Origin: a virus
Taxonomy: Duplodnaviria; Caudoviricetes
Length of the DNA stretch: 64,000 nt
Direction: 5' to 3' (one strand)
IMG/VR virus record: IMGVR_UViG_3300025751_002818
Location: 26,576 to 90,575 of that record
This document shows positions 39,447 through 49,505 of the stretch, in pieces; position 1 is the first letter of the stretch; every line of letters begins with the position of its first letter. A model generated the notes under the pieces. The model saw nothing but the letters and a program-made list of their open reading frames with translations. It was not told the DNA's origin and ran no database searches. The position numbers were made by a program, and so were the translations under genes.

Positions 39447-40127
39447 CTATTTGTAACCTATTTGCATAAATCTTGTATAAGCAGGTGTAATTAACTGCCC
39501 TATAAAATGTGTTTTTGATAATGGATATTTTGCTTTCATGTCGTCTATGCTATCGCATATATTAATATGCCCTTCGAAATCTTCGCTATTGTTAGTTTGC
39601 ATAACAATTAATTGATCATCGTCTGCCGAGTCGAACCATTCGTTATCCATGTGTTCGCAACTGGTATTAATAATACAATCGGGTTTGACTCTAATTAGTT
39701 CTCCGCCTGTAGTGAATTCCATGTTATGTGTCGACAGCATCGACATGTCTGCCACCACACCTTTATATTTCCACGAATTTTCGACATATCTTTGATTGAG
39801 TTTTTCTGATAGTTCTATTGCTTGTGGGTCTATGTCGATACCATATATACGTTCTATGGTTAATGCCTTATGTAATGGTTCAACCAAAGTACCTATCCAG
39901 CAACCTAAAATAGCAACTGTCATATTACTTGGTAATGGAGTAACTTTATAAAGTTCACCTAGTAACCAAGTCTTACTTGCTAACTGGCCTTTGCTAAAAG
40001 CATCACGTGGATAAACACCCTGATGCTGTATGATATGCTCAAACCAACTAGGGGAAGGTTTCCAAAAGCCATTATCAATGTACTTTGTTACTTGCTCCCA
40101 ACTATTTAGATTTATTGTATTGTTCAT
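39447..40127 (-). CDS. Class I SAM-dependent methyltransferase-like protein
   Basis: DAFSKGQLASK.WL, VAILGCWIG (motif I variant), IYGIDIDP, DCIINTSCEHM. Confidence 0.7.
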   Translation of the reverse strand: MNNTINLNSWEQVTKYIDNGFWKPSPSWFEHIIQHQGVYPRDAFSKGQLASKTWLLGELYKVTPLPSNMTVAILGCWIGTLVEPLHKALTIERIYGIDIDPQAIELSEKLNQRYVENSWKYKGVVADMSMLSTHNMEFTTGGELIRVKPDCIINTSCEHMDNEWFDSADDDQLIVMQTNNSEDFEGHINICDSIDDMKAKYPLSKTHFIGQLITPAYTRFMQIGYK

Positions 40128-43100
40128 TTAACCAGTCGTAATCGTTAATATTATTTAATTGTTCTAAGTTATCCTTATTTGCTAAAGCGAATGCTTTACC
40201 TTCTTCTGCTCCTCGTTTGGCATCATGTCTAAAGTCAGCATCAGGTATAGGATGTAACCAAGATTCTAAACGTTTCTCACTGTCAGGATCATTACTAAGT
40301 GTTAATTTAACACATTCTCTAAAAGCACTACGCCATGTACTAAACGCATCTGTATTAAATCTAGTTGTACAACTTATTTCAGGCATTGCTTTAAAACGTT
40401 TACTAAGTCCTGTGGTAAAGTCTAATCCCCAACTAGTAGCATCTAGTATTTGTTGCCTGTTAAACAATTTAACACCGCCATAACCGTATTCTTCACCTGT
40501 TACAGGATTTTTACTTGCCCATACATGTACTACTTCCTCGTCATAAACATCGGGTATATAACTAAAATCAAAGTCCTCACTAATATCAGCATCAGCATCT
40601 ACTACCCAGAACATATCGCTTTTAACCCTATTTGCCGCTTCTTTGTGTGCATTAAATATGCCTTTAATGTCTTTGACCCAGGTTGCATCAAACCTTGCTG
40701 TAAGACGCTCATATGCAGTTGTAGACCCCGCTTCTTTGTAGGATAGGAACACTATATCGTATGGTTTAGACACACTTAGAGCGTCTTTAACGTATTGTAA
40801 CTTACCCCTTGATGTTTTACTATACTTGATATCATCACTGCTGTAAGACGTTTTAAATACGTCTAATAGGGGGTTTGGCCACAGCCTTACGCCGCCGTAT
40901 GCATGTACCTTGCCTGTTCTTGGGTTCAGTTTTTGCCATACATGTAGTTTATCAGCATTCTCTACAGAAGGTTTAAACTTAGCATTCCAGTTATCATATG
41001 TATCTACATCACTGTCAACTGTCCAAAAGTATGCATTATTATCTTGCTCAGCAAAGTCAATTAATTGTTGTTTAAGTGGCGTATTATTAAATGTGTACAC
41101 ATTCCATTCTGGCATTTCACTGGCCTGTTTAGGCATTAATTTTAAGTCATCAAATGTATTGTTGACTATTTCTTTTTCAGTAAAACTGTTATCTAAAAAT
41201 AAAGCAGTAGGACATAGTCTAACATCTGTGTGATCACCATTTTCATTTTGCCACACATGAACGTTTTTAATATCCCACTGAGTTGGGTAGTAACTAAAGT
41301 CGAACGACTCACAGATTTGTACACAATAGTCTACTACCCAAAACATTTTTGTTTGTGTTTTTTCTGCACATTTTTTATAAAACTCTGCTACACCGTCTTT
41401 GACATCTTTTGATGTCATTGTGTAAACAGGATACTCTTTTTGTGTGCTACAAATTTTTCTAATATATTTTGGTCTGCCTTTTGTTTGTGGCTCTTTGGGA
41501 CATAAACTTACACCGCCATAATCGTATTGCTTGCCTGTAATAGGATTTAGTTTTTGCCACACATGTTGTTTTCCTTCGTCCCATGTATCAGGCACAAAAT
41601 CAAAATCAAAATCTTCTACTACATCTACGTCTGGGTCAATTACCCAAAACCAATTATTCTTGCATTTTTCTCTACCTTCATCTTCGCTGGTAAACTTTTC
41701 AAAATCTAAATCTTTAAATGGTGCTATGTTATGAATAACTATTTCGGCGTCCTTCCATAATTTAGGCACCCAACGTATACCACCCATTTTTTCTGGATAC
41801 TTATGCTTTAATTGATTACTTAAATGAAATGTATGAATCATATTCTTTTGAAAGTCAGGTGGAGTCCAATCTACTTCGTCATCAAATTGATATTCTTTGT
41901 CTATTATCCAACAGTCTTGGGTTACTATATTATAATCTGATGTGTCCTCTACATACAAAATAGGGTATTGCTTATATCCTGTAGGTGAATGATCGATATA
42001 TTTTATATTATCAACATCATATTTTACCGGTACAAGTTTTACTCCACCGCACCTATTGTCGCTTACATTTGTTACTGCTTTAGGATATTTGTGTGTTAAT
42101 TGATTTGGTATCTTAAAAATGTGTATAGTTTTTTGATCATATCTATGCGGAACATAATTAAACACATTGTCTACCTCGTGCTCATCATCAATAAGCCAGA
42201 ACATTTTAGTTCTACTTTTACGAGCATAAGTTTCATAGTCGCCTAAGTTATTTGTGTAAAATACATCGTAACGAATAGGGCAAATGTTGTTTTGATATTT
42301 GTGTTTAGTTATATCAAAATCTTTATGGACTAGCCTAATACCGCCGCATCTGTTATCCCATGGGTCTTCAAAATCTGCAGGGTATCTTTCTTCTAAATAT
42401 CCTGGTATTTTGAAAACATGTATATATTCTTGTTCATATTCTGCAGGCACAAACAATAACTTACCATTAAAATCAAATTCTCTATCAACTATCCAAAACC
42501 ACTCGGTTTTACTACGTTCAGCATATTCGCTATATGTTTCAGAAGTGAATTCGTCTTCATCTATATAAAACACATCATACTGTTCGTCTTCTATAGGACA
42601 TGCAGGATGAATCTTTGTTTCTGCTGATTCCCATTTTTGAGGTACCAGTCTGACACCTCCCATTGCTAATGGATATGTTTCTGTTAGTTGATACGGCATC
42701 CTAAAAGTATGTATCATGTCGTCATCAAACGGACTTGGTACCCAATCAAATGTTTTTAAATTAACTTTGTGTTTGCTGTCTACTAGCCACACATAGTCTT
42801 CTTTAAAAGTATTACGTTGCGAGTAGTCATTAATATCTTTAACAAAGATAACAGGGTATTCAACACTAGCATCTAAATAACTGTGATATTTTGTATTGGC
42901 TGTTAACCATTCTCTAGGAAATAATTTTATGCCTCCTTCTTGAGCAGGGTACTTATGCTCTAATTGTCCACGCAGGTGAAAACTGTGTATAAAGTCTGGT
43001 TCAAAATTACCAGGTGCCCAGTTAATATCGTTATTAAGTTTATATTCTGGGTCAACACACCATACATGCGATGAAAGATTGTTATTATTAAAATAGTCTT

Positions 43101-43437
43101 TTGGTTCTGCCTGATATAAAATATCAAAACTCTTTTTGCACACAATTTCGTTTATATATGATGTATCTGTGTTTTCATAATTTGTTGGATATAGCGATAC
43201 ACCACCATAGTTGTTACTGTCCCACTTCCACTTGTGAATAAAGTTTTCAGTGTAGTGTGAGGGAACATATCTAAATACTTCATAGTCTGTTACTTCTATG
43301 TTATTTTCTACTATAAAAAATAATTTTGTTTTAGAAATTTTTGATATCTTTTTTAAGTCAATGTCATCTACTTTCCTTGCAAATGGAAAATTATCTTTGA
43401 GACTTTGGTTTTCACCTATGTAAAAAATATCATACAT
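40102..43437 (-). CDS. 1,111-aa protein made of about 10 tandem GT-A-like (group B) modules
   Basis: Ten GG(V/I)(R/K/S)L.P-type motifs about 100 aa apart, each preceded by W(V/I/L)(V/I)D and H.(W/F); only the last module looks complete (YDIVFLSY.E, KGIFNAH, DAD, WRSAFRECVKL). Confidence 0.75.
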   Translation of the reverse strand: MYDIFYIGENQSLKDNFPFARKVDDIDLKKISKISKTKLFFIVENNIEVTDYEVFRYVPSHYTENFIHKWKWDSNNYGGVSLYPTNYENTDTSYINEIVCKKSFDILYQAEPKDYFNNNNLSSHVWCVDPEYKLNNDINWAPGNFEPDFIHSFHLRGQLEHKYPAQEGGIKLFPREWLTANTKYHSYLDASVEYPVIFVKDINDYSQRNTFKEDYVWLVDSKHKVNLKTFDWVPSPFDDDMIHTFRMPYQLTETYPLAMGGVRLVPQKWESAETKIHPACPIEDEQYDVFYIDEDEFTSETYSEYAERSKTEWFWIVDREFDFNGKLLFVPAEYEQEYIHVFKIPGYLEERYPADFEDPWDNRCGGIRLVHKDFDITKHKYQNNICPIRYDVFYTNNLGDYETYARKSRTKMFWLIDDEHEVDNVFNYVPHRYDQKTIHIFKIPNQLTHKYPKAVTNVSDNRCGGVKLVPVKYDVDNIKYIDHSPTGYKQYPILYVEDTSDYNIVTQDCWIIDKEYQFDDEVDWTPPDFQKNMIHTFHLSNQLKHKYPEKMGGIRWVPKLWKDAEIVIHNIAPFKDLDFEKFTSEDEGREKCKNNWFWVIDPDVDVVEDFDFDFVPDTWDEGKQHVWQKLNPITGKQYDYGGVSLCPKEPQTKGRPKYIRKICSTQKEYPVYTMTSKDVKDGVAEFYKKCAEKTQTKMFWVVDYCVQICESFDFSYYPTQWDIKNVHVWQNENGDHTDVRLCPTALFLDNSFTEKEIVNNTFDDLKLMPKQASEMPEWNVYTFNNTPLKQQLIDFAEQDNNAYFWTVDSDVDTYDNWNAKFKPSVENADKLHVWQKLNPRTGKVHAYGGVRLWPNPLLDVFKTSYSSDDIKYSKTSRGKLQYVKDALSVSKPYDIVFLSYKEAGSTTAYERLTARFDATWVKDIKGIFNAHKEAANRVKSDMFWVVDADADISEDFDFSYIPDVYDEEVVHVWASKNPVTGEEYGYGGVKLFNRQQILDATSWGLDFTTGLSKRFKAMPEISCTTRFNTDAFSTWRSAFRECVKLTLSNDPDSEKRLESWLHPIPDADFRHDAKRGAEEGKAFALANKDNLEQLNNINDYDWLNEQYNKSK

Positions 43438-43666
43438 TTCTTTCTGCTTCTAAGTTGTCTACTACTGTTTGTACTAATGTGCTAATATGCTGTACTTCAA
43501 CATTTATCTTGTTATAACGATCTTGTAATTGTTTACCCCATACAGGACATACACCAATATGATCCGGCAAAGTTCCACCACAGGTAGTACACTTACCTTG
43601 TAACTTTTTCTTAATCGTCCTTAGTGTGGACTGGGACGTTATATTTTTCTTCGAAGTCTGCGGCAT
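43430..43666 (-). CDS. Small putative zinc-finger protein (CX2CX6HX3C) with coiled-coil tail
   Basis: KCTTCGGTLPDHIGVCP; start uncertain and overlaps the carbamoyltransferase 3' end; stop overlaps the next start region. Confidence 0.5.
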   Translation of the reverse strand: MPQTSKKNITSQSTLRTIKKKLQGKCTTCGGTLPDHIGVCPVWGKQLQDRYNKINVEVQHISTLVQTVVDNLEAERNV

Positions 43667-45149
43667 CGTTCTCATCATTGACTATAGGCATGCCTTTGAT
43701 ATTTAAACTAGTATTCAGTATCATTGGGCAACCTGTCTCGTTATAAAATTGTGTCATTAGTTCATACAAGTCTGGGTGTTCAGATTCATTAACTGTTTGC
43801 ACTCGACTTGTACCATCTGCATGGACTATTGCTGGAAATTCTTTTGGCTTTTTGCATTTTGCAACAAATTGCATATAAGGAGCATTACTAATATGCCCTG
43901 GCATTTCAAAATATTCGTGTACATGCTCTTCTAATATAATTGGTGCAAAAGGTCTAAACTCTTGTCTACGTTTTATTTTGTTTACTTTGTCTTTTATTTT
44001 ATTACCACGTGGGTCAGCACACAAAGTTCTGTTACCCAATGCTCTTGGGCCAAACTCTGCAGGGCCATTAGCAATACCAAATATTTCACCTTTAAGTAGA
44101 CTTGCTAATGATTTCTTAATAGGGTAATCGCCTCTAATACTATTACCTAAATATGCACCAGTCCAATTTACTTTCTTTTTAGTTTCGTTGTAGTAATGTA
44201 ATGCCGCGGCACCTAAACTACTTCCAGCATCACCTGGGTTAGGCATTATGTGTACATTACCAAACAGTTTAAGTAAATTTCCATTAGCAACACAGTTTAA
44301 CGCACATCCGCCCATAAACACTAAGTTATTACTATTTGTCATTACAAGGGCATGTCTGGCATATTCGAATATTCTTTTTTCTGCTACAGCCTGAGCACTT
44401 GCGGCTATGTCGTAATCTAAACTGTGATGTCCCCATTCATCAATTAATGCACATTTGTCTCTGCCTAAATAATTAGCAGGCACACCCTTTTGCAAATTTT
44501 TTGTCATTTCAATAACATTTGCTGGTTCGTTACAATCAGCATCTACAAAAAATTCGTGATGCATAGCAGTTTCATAAATGGGTTTACCGTATGCGGCCAT
44601 GCCCATTAAAACATATTCGTCTTCCATTGGTTTCAGACCAACATGGGCCGTCATAGCACTATAAAATAATCCTAGACTGCTAGGAAATTTTGTGCTGTGT
44701 ATTTTCTTAAGATTACCTTTCTTCCATTGCCATGTAGTTGCAGTATCGAATTCGCCTATAGCATCAATACATATCACAGCACACTCATCAAAGTCACTAG
44801 TTAATACACCAGCGGCGGCATGTGTTTCGTGATGCCAGTAAGTTTTAATTGGAATGCCATGTAACTCTGGGAAAAAATCTTTGATCCATGATTTCATTGT
44901 TGGTTCTAGTAATGCTCTCCAATTACCTGCATATATATTTCTTAGTTTTTTTGCCCATGGTTTTTCGTGTAATACAATTACATCTGGCTTGCCAAACTTT
45001 AAGCAGTCAGCAATCATATCGTGATTTAAGTATGGGTCGTTTTTGAATTTGCTGTATCTTTCGGAATGTGAAGCATACAGAATTTCGCCATCTTCTACAA
45101 CGGTGGCGGCGGCATCATGAAATAAAAAACTTAAACCGAGAATACGCAT
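43611..45149 (-). CDS. Carbamoyltransferase, NodU/CmcH/TobZ family
   Basis: ILGLS..FHDAAA, SERYSK.KND, HHETHAA, SLGLFYS, EY.LMGMAAYG, GGCALNCVANG, GDAGSSLGAA, EFGPRALGNR, FRPFAP, HADGTSRVQTV, LNTSLNIKG.PIV. Confidence 0.95.
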   Translation of the reverse strand: MRILGLSFLFHDAAATVVEDGEILYASHSERYSKFKNDPYLNHDMIADCLKFGKPDVIVLHEKPWAKKLRNIYAGNWRALLEPTMKSWIKDFFPELHGIPIKTYWHHETHAAAGVLTSDFDECAVICIDAIGEFDTATTWQWKKGNLKKIHSTKFPSSLGLFYSAMTAHVGLKPMEDEYVLMGMAAYGKPIYETAMHHEFFVDADCNEPANVIEMTKNLQKGVPANYLGRDKCALIDEWGHHSLDYDIAASAQAVAEKRIFEYARHALVMTNSNNLVFMGGCALNCVANGNLLKLFGNVHIMPNPGDAGSSLGAAALHYYNETKKKVNWTGAYLGNSIRGDYPIKKSLASLLKGEIFGIANGPAEFGPRALGNRTLCADPRGNKIKDKVNKIKRRQEFRPFAPIILEEHVHEYFEMPGHISNAPYMQFVAKCKKPKEFPAIVHADGTSRVQTVNESEHPDLYELMTQFYNETGCPMILNTSLNIKGMPIVNDENDAADFEEKYNVPVHTKDD

Positions 45150-45153
45150 TTTA

Positions 45154-45330
45154 TTATCTGTAAATAAAAGGGTCTCTTTTTCTCAATTCTTCTAACTTCT
45201 TTTGTATAAGTTTTTCTTTCTCTGTCAGTTTTGACTGTTCCGAAGTATCGTTACCGTGTTCGTCTCGATCCTCATTGCCGTCATGATTAAGTTCTGTGAG
45301 TTCTTTCTGTGTTTTCTTGTAGTCGTTCAT
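45154..45330 (-). CDS. Small 58-aa peptide ending KKLEELRKRDPFIYR (below the ORF-track cutoff)
   Basis: MNDYKKTQKELTELNHDGNEDRDEHGNDTSEQSKLTEKEKLIQKKLEELRKRDPFIYR*; fills the gap, ends 4 nt before the carbamoyltransferase ATG, with ATAAATA 5 nt upstream. Confidence 0.7.
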   Translation of the reverse strand: MNDYKKTQKELTELNHDGNEDRDEHGNDTSEQSKLTEKEKLIQKKLEELRKRDPFIYR

Positions 45331-45335
45331 AACAG

Positions 45336-45342
45336 TATTTAT
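45336..45342 (-). promoter_or_regulatory. Late promoter motif ATAAATA, 5 nt before the ATG at 45330
   Basis: CATAAATA-ctgtt-ATG; no Shine-Dalgarno. Confidence 0.6.
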
Positions 45343-45343
45343 G

Positions 45344-46927
45344 CTATTTTAAAATGTCATCTATTAATTTATCGTAAATTCTAGCACAGGTTTTTGCATT
45401 AAAGAACAGTTGTCTATTATGTTCTAACTTGTCTTTGATTGCATCTATGTGCAATGTTGTATTAGCAATGTGTGTTACTTGTTTTTTAATAGCCTTAAAT
45501 CTTTCGTCATCGAGTTCTATATCGTCGTAACTTTCATCAAACCATTCTGGAAAAGTTTCAAATCCTATGCTTCTTAAATGCCTTAGTGTACCAGGGTGTG
45601 TAATTAATAAGAACGGGTGACCGTACATAATAGGCTTCAATGTTTTTTCTGTTATAAATCCTATCTCTTGTGGTATTTGATCATAGTATGGATAACCATC
45701 GCTTTTAGGTATGTACTGATGAAATATACCTTTTTGTAAAACTAAATTTGCAGTATAACTGCTTTCAGTAACTAAACTTATTTCTGTATTAGCATACCAT
45801 TTCCAATTAACCCATCTATCTCTAAATTCGTACTGTGATGTACTGTCATTATTAAATAAGTCAGGATTGACAGCATATTTATTATCCTCTAAATCATCAT
45901 CTAGAATAATAGGTAAATATTCGCTTGTCTTATCAAATTCTTCTTGGTTAAGTCTTTCACCTAATATAATTTCTGATTGGTGGTTTAAATGTTCGTAGTC
46001 GGTTCTGTCAACACCATGATTATAAAATGGTTTATTAGGGTCTAATGAAAATCTTGCACTTGCAATACAATTATCAATTAATCTATTTCCGTCGTTATCA
46101 AATGTATTAACTAAATGATTTAAAATAAAAAAGCGATGCTCTTTCATATAGTTATTCATACATAAAAACTTTTTAGGTTTATTGTCTACATATATTTTTT
46201 CTGGTTCGAATGTAGCATATTCTAAAGGACTACTATGTTTAGACGTTGATGCTATTTTATTGTTTTGTTCGTGTAAAATAAAAAAATCTATTTCTATTAA
46301 ATCTATTTTAAAGTGTTCTTTGATCTGTTGTTTAATAGTTTTATGATCCTTTGGCAATTGATTATTAAATTGTGATGTAAGTAATTTAACAAAACTTGTG
46401 TCTTCAAAACAACTGTTGAGCCAAAAGAATAATTTATGTAAACTGTATGTTTCTGCTTCAAACGAATTATCTATTGCTACTTTTATACCGATATCATGAC
46501 ACTTACGCCAAAAACTATAGGGCAAAGAATACGAATACAATCTATGTAAAATTATAATTAATGTACAATCCTGATCATTTATATAATTCTCTATATTTCC
46601 AATATAAGAACTATCTAAAATAGATTCTACAATCATATTGTGTTTTAAAAATTCTTTGAATATACCATCTTGCTCGTGTGCAAAATGCTGAGACTCCCAT
46701 TGGTCAATCATATACGCATTCTGCCAATCTAATTTGTATCTCTTAACACCGTTGCCTGTTAGTATGTCAAAATCAAAATCATGATATTCATTCCATGATG
46801 CTTCTGGTCCTGGATCTGTAAAAGGAAAAATATGTGTGGGTGGATACATTTCCTCTGGGTGTTGAGATTTATATTCTAGTATTGCATTGCCTGTTATGTT
46901 TACAAATTTTACTGTATTATTTTCCAT
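45344..46927 (-). CDS. TEKT-family protein 1, putative GT-B (GT10-like) glycosyltransferase
   Basis: KKFLCMN...K.HR, TEISLVTES, FITEKTLKPI.YGHPF, L..IGFETF...FDESYD. Confidence 0.55.
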   Translation of the reverse strand: MENNTVKFVNITGNAILEYKSQHPEEMYPPTHIFPFTDPGPEASWNEYHDFDFDILTGNGVKRYKLDWQNAYMIDQWESQHFAHEQDGIFKEFLKHNMIVESILDSSYIGNIENYINDQDCTLIIILHRLYSYSLPYSFWRKCHDIGIKVAIDNSFEAETYSLHKLFFWLNSCFEDTSFVKLLTSQFNNQLPKDHKTIKQQIKEHFKIDLIEIDFFILHEQNNKIASTSKHSSPLEYATFEPEKIYVDNKPKKFLCMNNYMKEHRFFILNHLVNTFDNDGNRLIDNCIASARFSLDPNKPFYNHGVDRTDYEHLNHQSEIILGERLNQEEFDKTSEYLPIILDDDLEDNKYAVNPDLFNNDSTSQYEFRDRWVNWKWYANTEISLVTESSYTANLVLQKGIFHQYIPKSDGYPYYDQIPQEIGFITEKTLKPIMYGHPFLLITHPGTLRHLRSIGFETFPEWFDESYDDIELDDERFKAIKKQVTHIANTTLHIDAIKDKLEHNRQLFFNAKTCARIYDKLIDDILK

Positions 46928-48294
46928 AATGTATCCATGTGTTCTAGTAATTTTCTATTGTCGTAAAAGTTATGAAAGTTATGTACAATTTTACCTAGTG
47001 TATGGTAATCAAATCTTTCATAGTCAAATGTCATAGCATTACTTAATATTGCGTTATATCTGTTTTTGTCATTGAGTGTGTCGTAACTTATATCGAACTC
47101 ACTATCAAATGTTTCAAATCCTTGATTTTTTAGAACTGTATTTGTGTCTATATTTCCAATTACCATGTAAGGGTGACCATACATTAGAGGCTTATATGTT
47201 TTTTCAGTAACGAATGCTCTCTTTAAATTATGATTATATTCCTCTGGCATATCTGGTAACTGATTAATAAATTCATCATCGTAATATGTTTCGGTTACTA
47301 AAGAATAATATGTATCTTTATATACATCATTAATAAATGATCTATCGTCGCTTTTCTGATAGATGTCTTGCATAACAGGAATAATTAATTCTTCTGTGTT
47401 TTCTTTAACAAATTGTAACAATGTTTCAGGTGTTTCGTTATAAAATGTACACTCTCTTCTAAGCCTTTCTGAATAGTCGCCTGATTCTAGTTCTTGAAAA
47501 AATCCATGCGAATTTTTTATTTCATAGAACTCGTCTGCTCGTTTTGTTGGTTGTTGATATCCCCATCTAGCAGTAACAAGATTTCGATTTGTCATTCCTC
47601 TTTCTTTTAGCCATTTAATTAATGCTATTCTATGAAATCTTGGTTTGAGATTTAAACATAAAAAATCATATTTTTTTTGTGCTCTAAAATTTTTCTGTAT
47701 AGTATCAATACTATACTTTCCGTCACGTAATTTTTCTTTACCGATACATGCTTCGTTAATTCTAAAGTAGTTAAAAAAGCCTAAGTCTACTGAAGTTTTT
47801 TCTTTGAACCTTAGTAGTAAATCCTCGTCATTAGACACAATGTCGCCGCCTACAAGCAACATCCAGTTATCAGGTGTACCAATATAGTCTTTTATTGTTG
47901 TTATAAGAGGCATATAAGTATCTATTTCTGCCTCAAACAAGTAGTCTAGCACTACACGAGTTTTTTTACTATTAACTAAATATTCTATCTCCTTGGTGTT
48001 GAGCCGTGCTAATGCACTTGGATGAATTACAAAAACATCATATTCTCTTATCTTGCTAGTATCACTTTCTTCTATTATTTCAAAAGGAACAAGGCCTTTT
48101 GTATCTGCATCATACACATTCATAGTAATCATATCTTCGTTAAGTTCTTTTAAGTAACTATGTGTTCGTTGATGTATAATTCTATTCCAGCATAGTTGCA
48201 TAAAAACAGAATCTTCTTTAAAGAAGTGTTGCTGTAACTCTTCGTTAATTTCTTTTGTAGGATCGTTTTGGTGTACTGCTACTTTCATTCGCAT
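46909..48294 (-). CDS. TEKT-family protein 2, putative GT-B (GT10-like) glycosyltransferase
   Basis: FLCLN.KPR.HR, YYSLVTET, FVTEKTYKPL.YGHPY, GFETF...FD.SYD. Confidence 0.55.
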   Translation of the reverse strand: MRMKVAVHQNDPTKEINEELQQHFFKEDSVFMQLCWNRIIHQRTHSYLKELNEDMITMNVYDADTKGLVPFEIIEESDTSKIREYDVFVIHPSALARLNTKEIEYLVNSKKTRVVLDYLFEAEIDTYMPLITTIKDYIGTPDNWMLLVGGDIVSNDEDLLLRFKEKTSVDLGFFNYFRINEACIGKEKLRDGKYSIDTIQKNFRAQKKYDFLCLNLKPRFHRIALIKWLKERGMTNRNLVTARWGYQQPTKRADEFYEIKNSHGFFQELESGDYSERLRRECTFYNETPETLLQFVKENTEELIIPVMQDIYQKSDDRSFINDVYKDTYYSLVTETYYDDEFINQLPDMPEEYNHNLKRAFVTEKTYKPLMYGHPYMVIGNIDTNTVLKNQGFETFDSEFDISYDTLNDKNRYNAILSNAMTFDYERFDYHTLGKIVHNFHNFYDNRKLLEHMDTLWKIIQ

Positions 48295-49505
48295 AACTCG
48301 ACTAATTTAGGGAACACTTTTCGCCAATCTTGTTCTCTAATTTTATCGAGTTGATCGTTATAGATTTTAAACTTTTTCCAACCATCCTCGTCCCACTCGT
48401 CGTTATCAAACATAGATAACAGATTGCCTAATCCGTGATGATTACCAAAGTCTTTTCTAAACTGTGAGTGTATTTGTGTTCTTGCTTCTGGGTGTATTAC
48501 TTTAGGACTTAAAAATGTAGGATCATACACATAGTTTAGATGTACATGTAGTCCTAACTCTTTTGATGCCCAATTATGAAACTCTCCTAAGTAAGGATAG
48601 TTGTAGGCACTGACTGTTTGACATATACTGGTTTCTATCCAGTCCTCAGCCATAATTTGTTCTAAGTGCCCTGTTACTGTTTTCCAATCACTTGGATGTC
48701 TAATATAATAATTACGGTCGCCTAAATCATCTATACTAGCACTTACTTGGATCTTGCCAAACTGTTTCCATATATCAAATGTTTTCTCTGGTAAGTTTGT
48801 CATGTTAATATTATACCATAGAGTCATATTCTTTGCTCTATCGGCCGCTATTAATTTTTCTAAATATTCCCAATGTTTTTTAATCAGTGTTGGTTCGCCA
48901 CCATTTATATATACCAATTCTAAGTTGGGTGCTGAATCAAATAAGTCGTCCCAAAAAGCATCTTCTTCAGGCCACTTGTATTCGTCTTTGTCTATGTTAC
49001 CATATTTCGTAACGAAGTCCAGGCTTGCTTCAATTTTTTTATAATCATTACGCCACTGAGATGAACTTGCTGGATTGCAAGTACGACACCTGACATTACA
49101 CAGATTACCAAGACGAAGTTCAACAAAACGAAGATCCAAATCAATATGGCCGTCTTCTCTAGTAAGTTCTTTTGCTCTATCGGGGCCGAAGTGCGTAAAT
49201 ACCTCGGACTCTGACTGACGTTTACTGGTAATACCTTTTCTTTCTTCATCATAACACCTTGTACATGCGGCTGGTTCTTCATCGTTTAACATTTGCAATC
49301 TAACTTCTTTGTAGTAGTCAGAATTCATAATGTCGCCTATGCTATGATTATTTAAGTCTAACCATTCGTTACCGCCGTCTTCTTTGTAATTTTTACTTCT
49401 ACTTGCTCCATTTTTGTGATCACTTATACAGCATAATGTACACCCGCCATGTGGGTGTGTTGCTAAATGCGTGAACGGTAATGGGCAGTATGTTTTACTC
49501 ATCAT
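48285..49505 (-). CDS. N-terminal twitch/SPASM radical SAM protein (paralogue 4)
   Basis: CPLPFTH...GGCTLCC; PAACTRCY.EE; LGNLCNVRCRTC; NGGEPTL; SASIDD. Confidence 0.85.
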   Translation of the reverse strand: MMSKTYCPLPFTHLATHPHGGCTLCCISDHKNGASRSKNYKEDGGNEWLDLNNHSIGDIMNSDYYKEVRLQMLNDEEPAACTRCYDEERKGITSKRQSESEVFTHFGPDRAKELTREDGHIDLDLRFVELRLGNLCNVRCRTCNPASSSQWRNDYKKIEASLDFVTKYGNIDKDEYKWPEEDAFWDDLFDSAPNLELVYINGGEPTLIKKHWEYLEKLIAADRAKNMTLWYNINMTNLPEKTFDIWKQFGKIQVSASIDDLGDRNYYIRHPSDWKTVTGHLEQIMAEDWIETSICQTVSAYNYPYLGEFHNWASKELGLHVHLNYVYDPTFLSPKVIHPEARTQIHSQFRKDFGNHHGLGNLLSMFDNDEWDEDGWKKFKIYNDQLDKIREQDWRKVFPKLVELCE

